Assembly (NCBI GenBank): GCA_902525615.1
Contig: CABZHT010000002.1
Span: 10,519-74,518 of the forward strand
DNA length: 64,000 nt
Direction of reading: 5' to 3'
Source: an uncultured Fidelibacterota bacterium
Lineage (GTDB): Bacteria; Fidelibacterota; Marinisomatia; Marinisomatales; Marinisomataceae
The position numbers and the translations under genes were made by a program. The notes under the pieces were generated by a model. It had not been told where the DNA came from. It searched no databases and saw nothing but the letters and a program-made list of their open reading frames with translations. Below are positions 10,365-19,582 of this stretch, one piece after another. Numbering within the stretch: the stretch's first letter is position 1; each line of letters begins with the position of its first letter.

Positions 10365-13300
10365 ATGATTAATAATAAAGGTCTTATAACAACAGTTTTT
10401 TTAGCAGTTCTATCCACGCTTTATCTTGGAAGCGTTTGGAATGATTTTTTTGGTACATTAAGCGTAAATGTATCCATGGATCGCCAGCAGGCAATTAAAG
10501 CTGCATCAGATGCTTCAAAGCAATTTGACATTCTGGATGATTCATTCGAGCAAGCATCTATATATAATTTTGACGATTCATTACGAAATTTTGTTGAGTT
10601 AAAACAGGGTGGTAAAGAGAAATTCCAAGAGATAATCGATAACGATGTTTATTCACCATATAATTGGATGGTTCGTACCTATAAAGAAGGTGAGATTGTT
10701 GAAGCGATGTTTCAATTTAAGCCTGATGGAAGTCCTAATGGATATAGAATTAAAATTCCAGAGGATTATTATTCAGATAATCTTGATGAAGAAGACGCCT
10801 TAGCAATAGTTGAGCAAAACATTAATAATCAGTGGTCTGGGAATTTTAGTGATTACAACCTTATAGAATCCTCATTTAAGGAAATGCCAAATGGAAGAAT
10901 AGATCACTCCTTTCTTTTTGAACATAATCTTCAAGATATTGGCGAAGCAAAATATAGATTACGAGCAACAGTATCTGGCTCAACAATAAACTCTGTAAGT
11001 CCTTTTGCATTTGTACCTGAATCATTTAAAAGGGAATTTGCTAATATTAGATCTGATAATGATACAATTGCAATATTTGCAAATTTTGCTTTTCTAGGTA
11101 TTTACTTACTAGCTATTGGAGTCACATCGCTGATAATATTTTATAGAAATGGTTGGTTGAGGTGGAAAAAGTCAGTTTTAGCAGCTGCTTTTATTGCTCT
11201 TTTTTCAAATGTTCTTTTAAATCTTAATTTTTACCCTACGATTTGGATGGGTTATGATACAGCTTCCTCAAAATCTCAGTTTTTAACTGAACAATTATTG
11301 GGAATGGTAGCCAATGGAATTCTCATGTTTTTTATCTTGGCTGCATCGTTTATTACAGCAGAGTCATTAACAAGAAGAGCGTTTCCTAAACATATTCAAA
11401 TTTGGAAGACGTGGACATCCAATGTTGCAAACTCAAAACGTGTATTAAATGATACTATTTTTGCTTACTTAATTGTTCCAATTAAGCTAGCTCTTGTTGG
11501 GGCATTTTATATACTCATGGAAAGAAATTTTGGATTCTGGTCTCCAGCCTCATCATCGTTTGATCCAAATTATTTAGCTTCTATTTTCCCGTGGTATACT
11601 GGTTTAGCTATATCTTTACAAGCTGGTTTCTGGGAAGAAATGTTATTTAGAGCGGTTCCAATCGCTGCAGGGGTTTTAATAGGTCAAAGATATAATATGC
11701 GCTTTATGGGATTAATGGTAGCCATGGTAATCCAGGCATTAATTTTTGGTGCAGGACATGCTAATTACCCTGCGCAACCATCATACGCCCGAGTTGTTGA
11801 ATTATTTTTACCATCAATTGTGGTGTATGGTATGATTTATCTCCGATTAGGTGTTGTGTTTGGGGCCATTACTCACTACGTATACGATGTTGTATTATTT
11901 TCTTTACCAATTTGGTATTCCTCAGGATATATGTTTGACAAGTTCATGACTGTAATTGGAGGATTAATTCCCTTACTTGTTATTTTATTTTTTAGAATGA
12001 AACATCAGAAATGGTCAGATGTAGATTCTTCATCATTGAATGAAGGTTTTGTACCTACTCCGCCAAAGAAAAAAACTTCGGAAGAACAAGAAGCAGTTAA
12101 TGCAGTTCAAACTGCTTCTAATGTTTTAAACCCAAAAATTGTTGGAATAGCTCTACTATTTATTATTGGAATTTTCAGCACCTTTAAGCTGTCGAATGTA
12201 GAAGTTCCAGTCAATTCACCATCAATTGACAAAGAAGAGGCAATTTCAATAGCAAATCAATTCTTATCTGATAATAATATCACATTACCTGAAGGATATA
12301 ATGCATATGCATTTGATGATAGCTCATATCCTGCTTCCTCATTTATTTGGGAGGAGCTTGGACAAGAAACTTATACTTCGTTACTAGGATCTTATGTGTT
12401 AGGACCTAGATGGAAAGTAAGGTTTGCAAAATTTGATGGTCCAGTAGAATCTCGTACTAGAGAAATCATGATATCCATGGATTTTGATGGAAATATATTG
12501 AGGTTTAATAACAGATTTCCGGAAGGAGAAGAAGGTAAGCAGCTTAACAGAGAAGAAGCACAAGTTCTTGCTGAAAATGCGTTATCTGAATATTTAGGAA
12601 TGAATACATCTGCTGTGACCCTTACTAGTGCTCAGGAATCACAAAAGCCTAATAGGTTAGATTGGACATTCACTTTTACAGATAATAACGAGTTGGAGTA
12701 TGAAGGTGCGAAGCTTCAAAATATTATCTCAATATCAGGCGATCAGATATCTGGATTCACTAAGTTTGTTTTTGTTCCGGAAGAGTGGGCTAGAATGAAA
12801 CGAGATCGTGAAGGCTTGTCAGGTATTGTTGGAACTTTATTTACCGTTCCTGGAGCAATTTTTGTGATAGGATTATTGCTAATGAGGTCCTTTAAATTGT
12901 TAATGGATCGAAAGATTAATGTAAGAAAAGGTCTAATTTTTGGTTCATTTGCTATCTTTGGAATTCTTAGTGTCTTTAATGATTCATCATTCCTTAATAC
13001 CATGCCAACAAATCAACCTATTGAAAATTTGATGACTACATACTACATATCTTCTATAGGTGGGGCACTTATTGCACTTGGACTGATTAATATATTGTTA
13101 TATGGAACGCTCAATAAACTTGTACAGCCTTCGATAAATAATATCAAAATGAAAGATGCAATTCTTGGAGGAGTAGTTGTAGCATTAACCATGATTGCTT
13201 CATTAGTATTAGCTGGTTCTTTTCAGTTAAATTTAAATCCTAATTTTGCAAGTTTTAATCTGACTTCATATTACCCTCTGTACGATACATTAAATGCATA

Positions 13301-13712
13301 TACTTTTTTTGGACCTATTGCTTTTAATATTTTTCTTGCAGCAATGTTGTATGATATCACAAAAGGATGGAGCAATGATATAAAAGGCAACCTGATTGCT
13401 TATATATTAGTTGTTGCGGTATTTACAGGCGACGTAGGGTTTCAATACGATATAGCAAGCTCTGTAATGATTGCACTGCTTTATGGGGCATTGATTTTTG
13501 CAATTTTTAAATTTATTATTAAGAATAACTATGCAATGATTCCATTTTATACATTGTTTATGAGATTTTATGATAGATTTGCTGCTACTGATTTTGGCGC
13601 AGTATCATCGTATTCTAATGAACCATTATTCCTGGGATTATCATTAATTTTGGCATCTTTTGTAATGGTTTCGCTAACTAAGAAACTATTTAATATGAAT
13701 GTAAAAGGATAA
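10365..13712 (+). CDS. Large CPBP (Abi/CAAX) intramembrane metalloprotease with duplicated extracytoplasmic and TM modules
   Basis: WEEMLFR, FGAGH and AITHY CPBP motifs; repeated modules (PNGRIDHSFLF vs PNRLDWTFTF; FAFVPESF vs FVFVPEEW). Confidence 0.85.
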   Translation: MINNKGLITTVFLAVLSTLYLGSVWNDFFGTLSVNVSMDRQQAIKAASDASKQFDILDDSFEQASIYNFDDSLRNFVELKQGGKEKFQEIIDNDVYSPYNWMVRTYKEGEIVEAMFQFKPDGSPNGYRIKIPEDYYSDNLDEEDALAIVEQNINNQWSGNFSDYNLIESSFKEMPNGRIDHSFLFEHNLQDIGEAKYRLRATVSGSTINSVSPFAFVPESFKREFANIRSDNDTIAIFANFAFLGIYLLAIGVTSLIIFYRNGWLRWKKSVLAAAFIALFSNVLLNLNFYPTIWMGYDTASSKSQFLTEQLLGMVANGILMFFILAASFITAESLTRRAFPKHIQIWKTWTSNVANSKRVLNDTIFAYLIVPIKLALVGAFYILMERNFGFWSPASSSFDPNYLASIFPWYTGLAISLQAGFWEEMLFRAVPIAAGVLIGQRYNMRFMGLMVAMVIQALIFGAGHANYPAQPSYARVVELFLPSIVVYGMIYLRLGVVFGAITHYVYDVVLFSLPIWYSSGYMFDKFMTVIGGLIPLLVILFFRMKHQKWSDVDSSSLNEGFVPTPPKKKTSEEQEAVNAVQTASNVLNPKIVGIALLFIIGIFSTFKLSNVEVPVNSPSIDKEEAISIANQFLSDNNITLPEGYNAYAFDDSSYPASSFIWEELGQETYTSLLGSYVLGPRWKVRFAKFDGPVESRTREIMISMDFDGNILRFNNRFPEGEEGKQLNREEAQVLAENALSEYLGMNTSAVTLTSAQESQKPNRLDWTFTFTDNNELEYEGAKLQNIISISGDQISGFTKFVFVPEEWARMKRDREGLSGIVGTLFTVPGAIFVIGLLLMRSFKLLMDRKINVRKGLIFGSFAIFGILSVFNDSSFLNTMPTNQPIENLMTTYYISSIGGALIALGLINILLYGTLNKLVQPSINNIKMKDAILGGVVVALTMIASLVLAGSFQLNLNPNFASFNLTSYYPLYDTLNAYTFFGPIAFNIFLAAMLYDITKGWSNDIKGNLIAYILVVAVFTGDVGFQYDIASSVMIALLYGALIFAIFKFIIKNNYAMIPFYTLFMRFYDRFAATDFGAVSSYSNEPLFLGLSLILASFVMVSLTKKLFNMNVKG

Positions 13713-13731
13713 AATATATTATATTGCTTGG

Positions 13732-14529
13732 ATGTCTTATTTTAAAGGAAAAACAGTCATAGTAACTGGCGCTTCTTCCGGGATTGGAGAAGCATCAGCA
13801 AAAGAGTTTTTATTGCAAGGCGCTAAAGTAATTTTAGTTTCTAGAAGTGAGTCTAAAATGCAGGAGTCATTTAAAGACTTTAGTCAAGATTCTTATTCCA
13901 TTTATCCATTTGACCTAACAAATTTAGATGAAATCGATTCTTTTGCAAAAATGTTGATTGCAAAAGAAGGTCCAGTTGATATTTTGTTTAATAATGCTGG
14001 TGTTAGTCAATTTGGATATTTTGAGGAAAGTGATTTATCAGTTTTGGATAAAATAATGGAGCTAGACTTCTTTTCTGTTGTTCAATTTACTAAATCAATT
14101 TTACCTCATATGGTATCTAAAAAATCTGGTCAAATTGTAACAAATACAAGTGTTGCTGGATTAGTAGGATCAAGAAATAGATCATTTTATTCTTCAGCTA
14201 AATTTGCTTTACACGGTTTTTTTGATAGTATTAGATCTGAAATAATACATCATAATGTACATGTTACATTAATTGCTCCAGGCAGAGTAGCAACGGACGT
14301 TGGTAAGAATGCATTAACATCAAGTGGTGCACCATATGGTAAGGATGATAGAGGGCACCAAAAAGGTTTAACTTCTTCAGTGGCAGCCAAGAGAATTTTA
14401 AAAGCTATCAAAAATAAAAAAAGAGAAGCTGTTATTGCTAAATGGAATGACATTGCTTGGTTAGCAGTTTATATAAGAAAATTTTCTCCTCCATTTTATT
14501 TTTTCTTAGCCAGAAGAATAGAAGCATAA
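13732..14529 (+). CDS. SDR oxidoreductase (DHRS7-like)
   Basis: TGASSGIG, NNAG, YSSAKFALHGFFDS. Confidence 0.88.
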   Translation: MSYFKGKTVIVTGASSGIGEASAKEFLLQGAKVILVSRSESKMQESFKDFSQDSYSIYPFDLTNLDEIDSFAKMLIAKEGPVDILFNNAGVSQFGYFEESDLSVLDKIMELDFFSVVQFTKSILPHMVSKKSGQIVTNTSVAGLVGSRNRSFYSSAKFALHGFFDSIRSEIIHHNVHVTLIAPGRVATDVGKNALTSSGAPYGKDDRGHQKGLTSSVAAKRILKAIKNKKREAVIAKWNDIAWLAVYIRKFSPPFYFFLARRIEA

Positions 14530-14535
14530 TTTTTT

Positions 14536-15276
14536 ATGAAATATAGTATACTAGAAGACTCTCGTTATAAACATATTGCTGAACCTAAATCAATATTATT
14601 TCAAATTTTTTCATTTATTTTTGATTTATATGCTAACACAGTTTTAACATTCTATACTCCTGTTAAAGTTATTGGCAGAGAGAATATCCCCAAAGACAAA
14701 CCATTTATTTTTGTGAGCAATCATAATAGTCATATGGATATTGCAATTTTAGCATATGCTACAAGAATGGGTTATGAAAAATTTGGTTTTTTAGCTGCAA
14801 AAGATTATTGGTTTGATAATAATTTTAGAAGAAGATTCTTTAAAAATTTAATTAACCTCATTCCTATTAGTCGAAAAAAAAATCCTGAATCTTTACATTT
14901 GAAAGATACTATTACGCTTTCAAAAGCTTTTATGAATCTGGGAAATAATATTATTATCTTTCCCGAAGGATCCAGAGGAGAACCTGGAAAAATGCAAAGA
15001 TTTAGAAAGGGTGCAGTAAAATTTTCTATGGGATTGGATGTACCTATCTTACCAGCTGCAATCATTGGATCAGACAAAGCATGGCCAAAAGGTGAAAAAT
15101 GGATGCAGTCTGCACCTATCACGGTCAAAATTTTACCGAAAGTTGATCCCCCTAAAACCGAAAATCTTTCTGAAATAGCTTATAATAAAGCTCTTTCAAA
15201 ATTAACGAAAGAATTACAGATAAATATTGAGAAAGAATTGAAAAATCTAGAAGATAAATTTAATTCTGAGTTATAG
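14536..15276 (+). CDS. Lysophospholipid (PlsC-family) acyltransferase
   Basis: NHNSHMD (HX4D), FLAAKD and IFPEGSR. Confidence 0.9.
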   Translation: MKYSILEDSRYKHIAEPKSILFQIFSFIFDLYANTVLTFYTPVKVIGRENIPKDKPFIFVSNHNSHMDIAILAYATRMGYEKFGFLAAKDYWFDNNFRRRFFKNLINLIPISRKKNPESLHLKDTITLSKAFMNLGNNIIIFPEGSRGEPGKMQRFRKGAVKFSMGLDVPILPAAIIGSDKAWPKGEKWMQSAPITVKILPKVDPPKTENLSEIAYNKALSKLTKELQINIEKELKNLEDKFNSEL

Positions 15277-15865
15277 TTATAATTGATCCACTCAATGTAG
15301 CATTATATTTTGTTAATGAACCACTTGCGGGTCCAGATAAAACATTACCATTTAAATCAAAAATTGAATTATGACTAGGACATAGTAAATTATTTGCACT
15401 GCTATTAATAATCACTGATTGTCCTGCATGTGTACATACTCTTGATAAAGCTCTTACACCAGAAGTACTAGTTCTAAGAACAATTATTCCTCTATTATCA
15501 AAAGTCTCGTTCGGATTTAAAGCAATTCCACCACCAGTATTTTGTAAAGACTGATGAATTTTTGTTATATCAATTGTAATAGTTTTTGTTGCGGCATCAT
15601 AACTATATCCATTGCCTGTTTCTCCACCAGTATTACCTCCACCAGTATCGCCTCCACCAGTATTACCTCCACCAGTATTATCATTATCACCATTATCTGA
15701 AGATGTAGGAGATCCACCACCACATGCTTCTAAGATAAACGCAGTTCCACCAACAAGAGTTATAGCAGAAGCTTTTCGAATGAATTCTCTCCTTGATGTA
15801 TCTATAACTTTTTCATTAGAACAGTTACAATTACACGGAGTTGGTTTATTTTTTTTGTCTGTCAT
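15260..15865 (-). CDS. Tat-exported Rieske [2Fe-2S] lipoprotein
   Basis: SRREFI twin-arginine, lipobox LEAC, CTHAG and CPSH ligand boxes, GPA. Confidence 0.88.
   Translation of the reverse strand: MTDKKNKPTPCNCNCSNEKVIDTSRREFIRKASAITLVGGTAFILEACGGGSPTSSDNGDNDNTGGGNTGGGDTGGGNTGGETGNGYSYDAATKTITIDITKIHQSLQNTGGGIALNPNETFDNRGIIVLRTSTSGVRALSRVCTHAGQSVIINSSANNLLCPSHNSIFDLNGNVLSGPASGSLTKYNATLSGSIITITQN
15621..15680. repeat. 15-bp tandem repeat x4 encoding a (N/D)TGGG linker
   Basis: CCTCCACCAGTATTA units inside the Rieske gene. Confidence 0.9.
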
Positions 15866-15939
15866 TTAAATAAAATATAATAAAAAAAAATAATTTTTAA
15901 AATTAGTTAGAAGTTTATTTAAATTATTTTAACAAAATT

Positions 15940-16584
15940 ATGTTAAAAAACTTATTTCGCTTAGTCATTACTTTTTGTTTTTTTTTCAATCCAATTTGCG
16001 GACAGTCAATTGTTACTAAAGAATATCAAGAAAAAAGATTCAGTCCTCCAGAAATTGGATTACCAGAAAATATGCCTTACGTCAAATCTTTAATTTGGGG
16101 AAAAGAGGGTGCATTTAGAAAATTAAATATTGGTCCTGAAACCAGAATTGAAGAACTAAAGTTGCGCAGAAAAATGCTCCAAGCTCATCAGTGGTTAGGA
16201 ATTATAACTTTAGCTGGTTTAGCTTATCAATATGACGTAGGGAAAAAACTTTATGATGGTGATGATAGCGATTATTGGGAATCACATTATGATAAACACA
16301 AAGCTATGGGGTATTTTACATATATGACCTACATGTCAACTGCTTCAATGTCATTTTTTTCTCCTCCTGCTCGAAAGTATGACAACAATATGAGTTCAAT
16401 AAAATTTCATAGAAGAATGGCTGCTTTACATTTTACTGCAATGATGGCTCAACCGTTCTTAGCAAAAAAAGCGGTAGAAAATGGCAAGCGGTATAATGAG
16501 CTAATGGATGCTCATTTAAAAGCAGGAACAGTAGCATTTTTTGCTCTAAGCTTGGATGCGTTAGGAATTACATTTTTTAAATGA
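15940..16584 (+). CDS. Hypothetical membrane protein, putative cytochrome b561-like four-helix protein
   Basis: Signal-like N-terminus; four helices starting with HQWLG, HKAMG, HRRMA and HLKAG. Confidence 0.6.
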   Translation: MLKNLFRLVITFCFFFNPICGQSIVTKEYQEKRFSPPEIGLPENMPYVKSLIWGKEGAFRKLNIGPETRIEELKLRRKMLQAHQWLGIITLAGLAYQYDVGKKLYDGDDSDYWESHYDKHKAMGYFTYMTYMSTASMSFFSPPARKYDNNMSSIKFHRRMAALHFTAMMAQPFLAKKAVENGKRYNELMDAHLKAGTVAFFALSLDALGITFFK

Positions 16585-17120
16585 AGAAATTTATTTCCAT
16601 ATTATTTTTCCAATTTCTGTTTGCTCAATCATTTGTTGAGTTTGACTTAACCAAAAGTTTTATTTCTTATGATGGTAAACATCCTGCTCATAATTGGACT
16701 GGTATATCGAAAGATATTCAAGGAACTTTTGAGATAAATAAACAAGATTTAACACAATCAAAAGTAGACTTATTTGTTCCAGTATTTAGCTTTGATAGTA
16801 AAAATGCTAATCGAGATTCAAATATGCTGGATGTTGTTGAAGAGTACTACTACCCATTTGTCAGATTCACTTCTTCCAAAATAAACAAATCAGAAAGCGG
16901 ATTTGATGTAGTAGGTAATCTTAGTTTTCATGGAATAACAAAAGAATTTACTATTCCAGTAGAGCTAAATGAAGACAATGAAAATATTATAGTTACATCA
17001 GATTTTTCAATTATGCTTACTGATTTTAAAATTAAAAGACCTGCATTATTAACTATTAAAATTCGAAATCAAGTGGATATAAAAGTCTACTTAGTGGGAT
17101 CTATAGAAAATCAGAAATAA
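16581..17120 (+). CDS. YceI family polyisoprenoid-binding protein
   Basis: Signal peptide, HPAHNWTG, FDSKNANRDSNM, GNLSFHGITK; ATGA-type overlap with the upstream gene. Confidence 0.9.
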   Translation: MKKFISILFFQFLFAQSFVEFDLTKSFISYDGKHPAHNWTGISKDIQGTFEINKQDLTQSKVDLFVPVFSFDSKNANRDSNMLDVVEEYYYPFVRFTSSKINKSESGFDVVGNLSFHGITKEFTIPVELNEDNENIIVTSDFSIMLTDFKIKRPALLTIKIRNQVDIKVYLVGSIENQK

Positions 17121-17133
17121 CTTCGTTAGTTAG

Positions 17134-17247
17134 CTAGCCAAAAAGATAAAATGTTTTATTTGGTACCATAACAAGCAAGAAAAAAATCATATGAAGAGAT
17201 ATAATGATACCGAATATTGCTAGCAGTTTTACTGTGTTTTTATCCAT
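17134..17247 (-). CDS. Putative 37-aa single-TM small protein
   Basis: MDKNTVKLLAIFGIIISLHMIFFLLVMVPNKTFYLFG; AAGGA RBS, start 1 nt after the DUF1295 stop; not in ORF track. Confidence 0.6.
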   Translation of the reverse strand: MDKNTVKLLAIFGIIISLHMIFFLLVMVPNKTFYLFG

Positions 17248-17248
17248 A

Positions 17249-18127
17249 TTATCCTTTAAATAAGCGCTTAAATATAGTGATTTCTGGGAATAAAATATGA
17301 ACTCTTTTTTGATAATCTTTATACTGAGGTCTAGTTCTTAATATTTTAATTTCAATCCATGGAATACTAGCATACCAAAACATGGCTGTCATAGCTATTG
17401 GGGCTAACAACAAATAGTTCAGGCCTGTAAAAGAATATCCAAAAACAAAGATTCCCCACCAAAACATAATTTCACCGTAGTAGTTAGGATGTCTAGAATA
17501 GTTCCATAGCCCTGTTTCAATAATACCAGTTCCACTAGGATGAATTTTTCGAAAAGAATGCAGCTGTTTATCACTTATGATTTCTAGTAGTACGCCAATT
17601 ATACATAATCCAAAACCTAGAAAAATTGTCCAATTATAGCTTTGTGAAAAATTTTGGGCCATAGGCATGCAGCAAAAAAAAACAATGAAAGTAGGAAAGA
17701 AATGAATCCCGCCAAGATTACCTATGATCTCAAATGAATTTCCGAGATTATTTCTCATGTCAATATATCTCCAATCTTCATGGTGTAATCCATCCCAAGT
17801 TTTCATCCAGTTGTAAGTCAGTCTCAGTGACCAAAAAAGTACAGCTACCATAAGAAGTAAAGAGGGAGTATTAATCATATAGTTATTTTTAGCTAACCAA
17901 AAGAATGCAATGAATGGAGGAATGACAGACCAGTATGGATCATAAAAAGATGAATTTTTATAGTATACACTAAATGAGTAAATAACAAATGTTGCAACAA
18001 TATCAGCTATTAGAATTTGTATCATTGATGAAAAATGGGAAGAAAATTGCAAAGATATAAAACCTAGAATTACTGCAATGACGTATGCAGTAAGAACTGT
18101 TAAAAGACCTTTAGTTTTTATTATCAT
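17249..18127 (-). CDS. DUF1295 (steroid 5-alpha-reductase-like) membrane protein
   Basis: NSSFYDPYWS, EDWRY, SDKQL and GLWNYSRHPNYYGE. Confidence 0.9.
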   Translation of the reverse strand: MIIKTKGLLTVLTAYVIAVILGFISLQFSSHFSSMIQILIADIVATFVIYSFSVYYKNSSFYDPYWSVIPPFIAFFWLAKNNYMINTPSLLLMVAVLFWSLRLTYNWMKTWDGLHHEDWRYIDMRNNLGNSFEIIGNLGGIHFFPTFIVFFCCMPMAQNFSQSYNWTIFLGFGLCIIGVLLEIISDKQLHSFRKIHPSGTGIIETGLWNYSRHPNYYGEIMFWWGIFVFGYSFTGLNYLLLAPIAMTAMFWYASIPWIEIKILRTRPQYKDYQKRVHILFPEITIFKRLFKG

Positions 18128-19028
18128 TGATAAGTGATTTCAATTCAATTTTTTCAAAAGATAAATAAATATATCCAAAAATAATAGTATACAATAGAAA
18201 TACAGAATGTAATAGGATTGCAGCTGTATGCGATTGATCAATTCCTATTCCATATAGATTAAGAAAGTAAATAACAGCTAAATGATATGTTCCAATTGCA
18301 GCAGGAGCTATTGGTAATGAGGTTACAATACTAGCAATAACCGTAATTCCAATATATTGTTGAAAAGATAAATCAATATTAACGGACCTCAATAATGTAT
18401 ACATATAAGCCACAAATGAGCACCATAGCAGAATGGAAATACCGCCAAGTTTAATTTTATTTTTGGACACTAATAAATATCCATCAATAAAATTTTTAGT
18501 AATCGAAAATTGTTTTTGCATTTTATTAGCGAGGAAGTTATTACCAAAAATGATGAATGAAGTAATTATGTATAATAGTAAAATTCCAATGGAGAATTCT
18601 AATCCTAGGACATTATTAAATCCAAAAAGAATTAAGAAAATGCTAAATAATCCAACAATCCATAAGTCGATAATTTTTTCGGCTACCAAGCTTCCAACAA
18701 GAAAGCTAAACTTTATATTAGTTGAGTTACTAGATAATAGTTTTGCTCTAGCCAAATCCCCAGCTCTAAATGGAAGTATATTATTTAAAAAATATCCAAT
18801 ATGAGTTGTTGAAATATATTTCTGTAATTCAAGATTTTTTGGTGAATCTAATAAAATCTTCCATCTTAATGATCTAAGAATGAATGTTACACAAGTTGTA
18901 ATAAATGCAACAAAGATATAAGTCAAATTTGCATTAGATAAAGCACGATAAATATCTTCTATATTTACTTGATTAAATGCAAAATAGAGACATAGCGTAG
19001 CTATGCAGAAAGATAAAATTTTTTTCAA
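18111..19028 (-). CDS. Lysylphosphatidylglycerol synthase TM domain (UPF0104 flippase-like) protein
   Basis: LRSLRWKILL, NNILPFRAGD, AEKIID and PIAPAAIGTYH. Confidence 0.88.
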   Translation of the reverse strand: MKKILSFCIATLCLYFAFNQVNIEDIYRALSNANLTYIFVAFITTCVTFILRSLRWKILLDSPKNLELQKYISTTHIGYFLNNILPFRAGDLARAKLLSSNSTNIKFSFLVGSLVAEKIIDLWIVGLFSIFLILFGFNNVLGLEFSIGILLLYIITSFIIFGNNFLANKMQKQFSITKNFIDGYLLVSKNKIKLGGISILLWCSFVAYMYTLLRSVNIDLSFQQYIGITVIASIVTSLPIAPAAIGTYHLAVIYFLNLYGIGIDQSHTAAILLHSVFLLYTIIFGYIYLSFEKIELKSLINDNKN

Positions 19029-19228
19029 GGATCTTGTTTATCTCTTTGGAATTCCCAATTGACGATTCTTTTTTTCATTTCTTCGCCATTTTCATCAAGA
19101 TGTTCACTTGTTTCCATTGGGCTTTGATACTCAAGTGGAACATCTGTATTTACTTGACAATTGCTCATTAATCCAAGCATGGCAATAAGCATTATTGAAG
19201 CAATGATTGTTGGAAAATGTTTACCCAT
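19025..19228 (-). CDS. Small hypothetical membrane protein/lipoprotein
   Basis: 67 aa with a hydrophobic N-terminus ending MSNC; overlaps both neighbours. Confidence 0.6.
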   Translation of the reverse strand: MGKHFPTIIASIMLIAMLGLMSNCQVNTDVPLEYQSPMETSEHLDENGEEMKKRIVNWEFQRDKQDP

Positions 19229-19451
19229 TTAATTTGAAGTCTTTAAAAAAGTTTGTTTTTGTCGCAAGATAGAAGATTTCTACTAATCCAAATAGTTGGA
19301 CAAGACCACATAATAGGAACCAACCCTTATGATCGTTTCTTGCAGCAAACCACAAAGCCAATAAAGTAAATAGAGCTTCCCAAAGTGATATACCAACGAG
19401 CAACGCTGGATTTGCTTGAAGAGCTTCTGCAAAGTTAGTTATAATTTCCAT
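19221..19451 (-). CDS. DUF5652-like small membrane protein
   Basis: LALWFAARNDHKGWF...FGLVEIFY; AAGG RBS. Confidence 0.75.
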   Translation of the reverse strand: MEIITNFAEALQANPALLVGISLWEALFTLLALWFAARNDHKGWFLLCGLVQLFGLVEIFYLATKTNFFKDFKLNG

Positions 19452-19461
19452 AATACCTTTC

Positions 19462-19545
19462 TTACGGGTTGAATAGAAGAGAGACTAAAAAAACAAATAA
19501 TATCACTCCGCCAAAAATTCCCCAATAGTATAATCCAAATTCCAT
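19462..19545 (-). CDS. Putative 27-aa hydrophobic peptide
   Basis: MEFGLYYWGIFGGVILFVFLVSLLFNP fills the gap upstream of the DUF5652 gene; not in ORF track. Confidence 0.45.
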   Translation of the reverse strand: MEFGLYYWGIFGGVILFVFLVSLLFNP

Positions 19546-19582
19546 GTTGAATATTAAATATTATTATCTGAGTTGAAAAGTA

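Noticed and set aside
15260-15865. Rieske as PetA of a bc1 complex
   Set aside because: No petB/petC adjacent; it is a lipoprotein lacking the disulfide Cys pair, and ACIII is present.
15612-15869. Pro-rich plus-strand ORF
   Set aside because: Antisense shadow of the Gly-rich linker of the Rieske gene.
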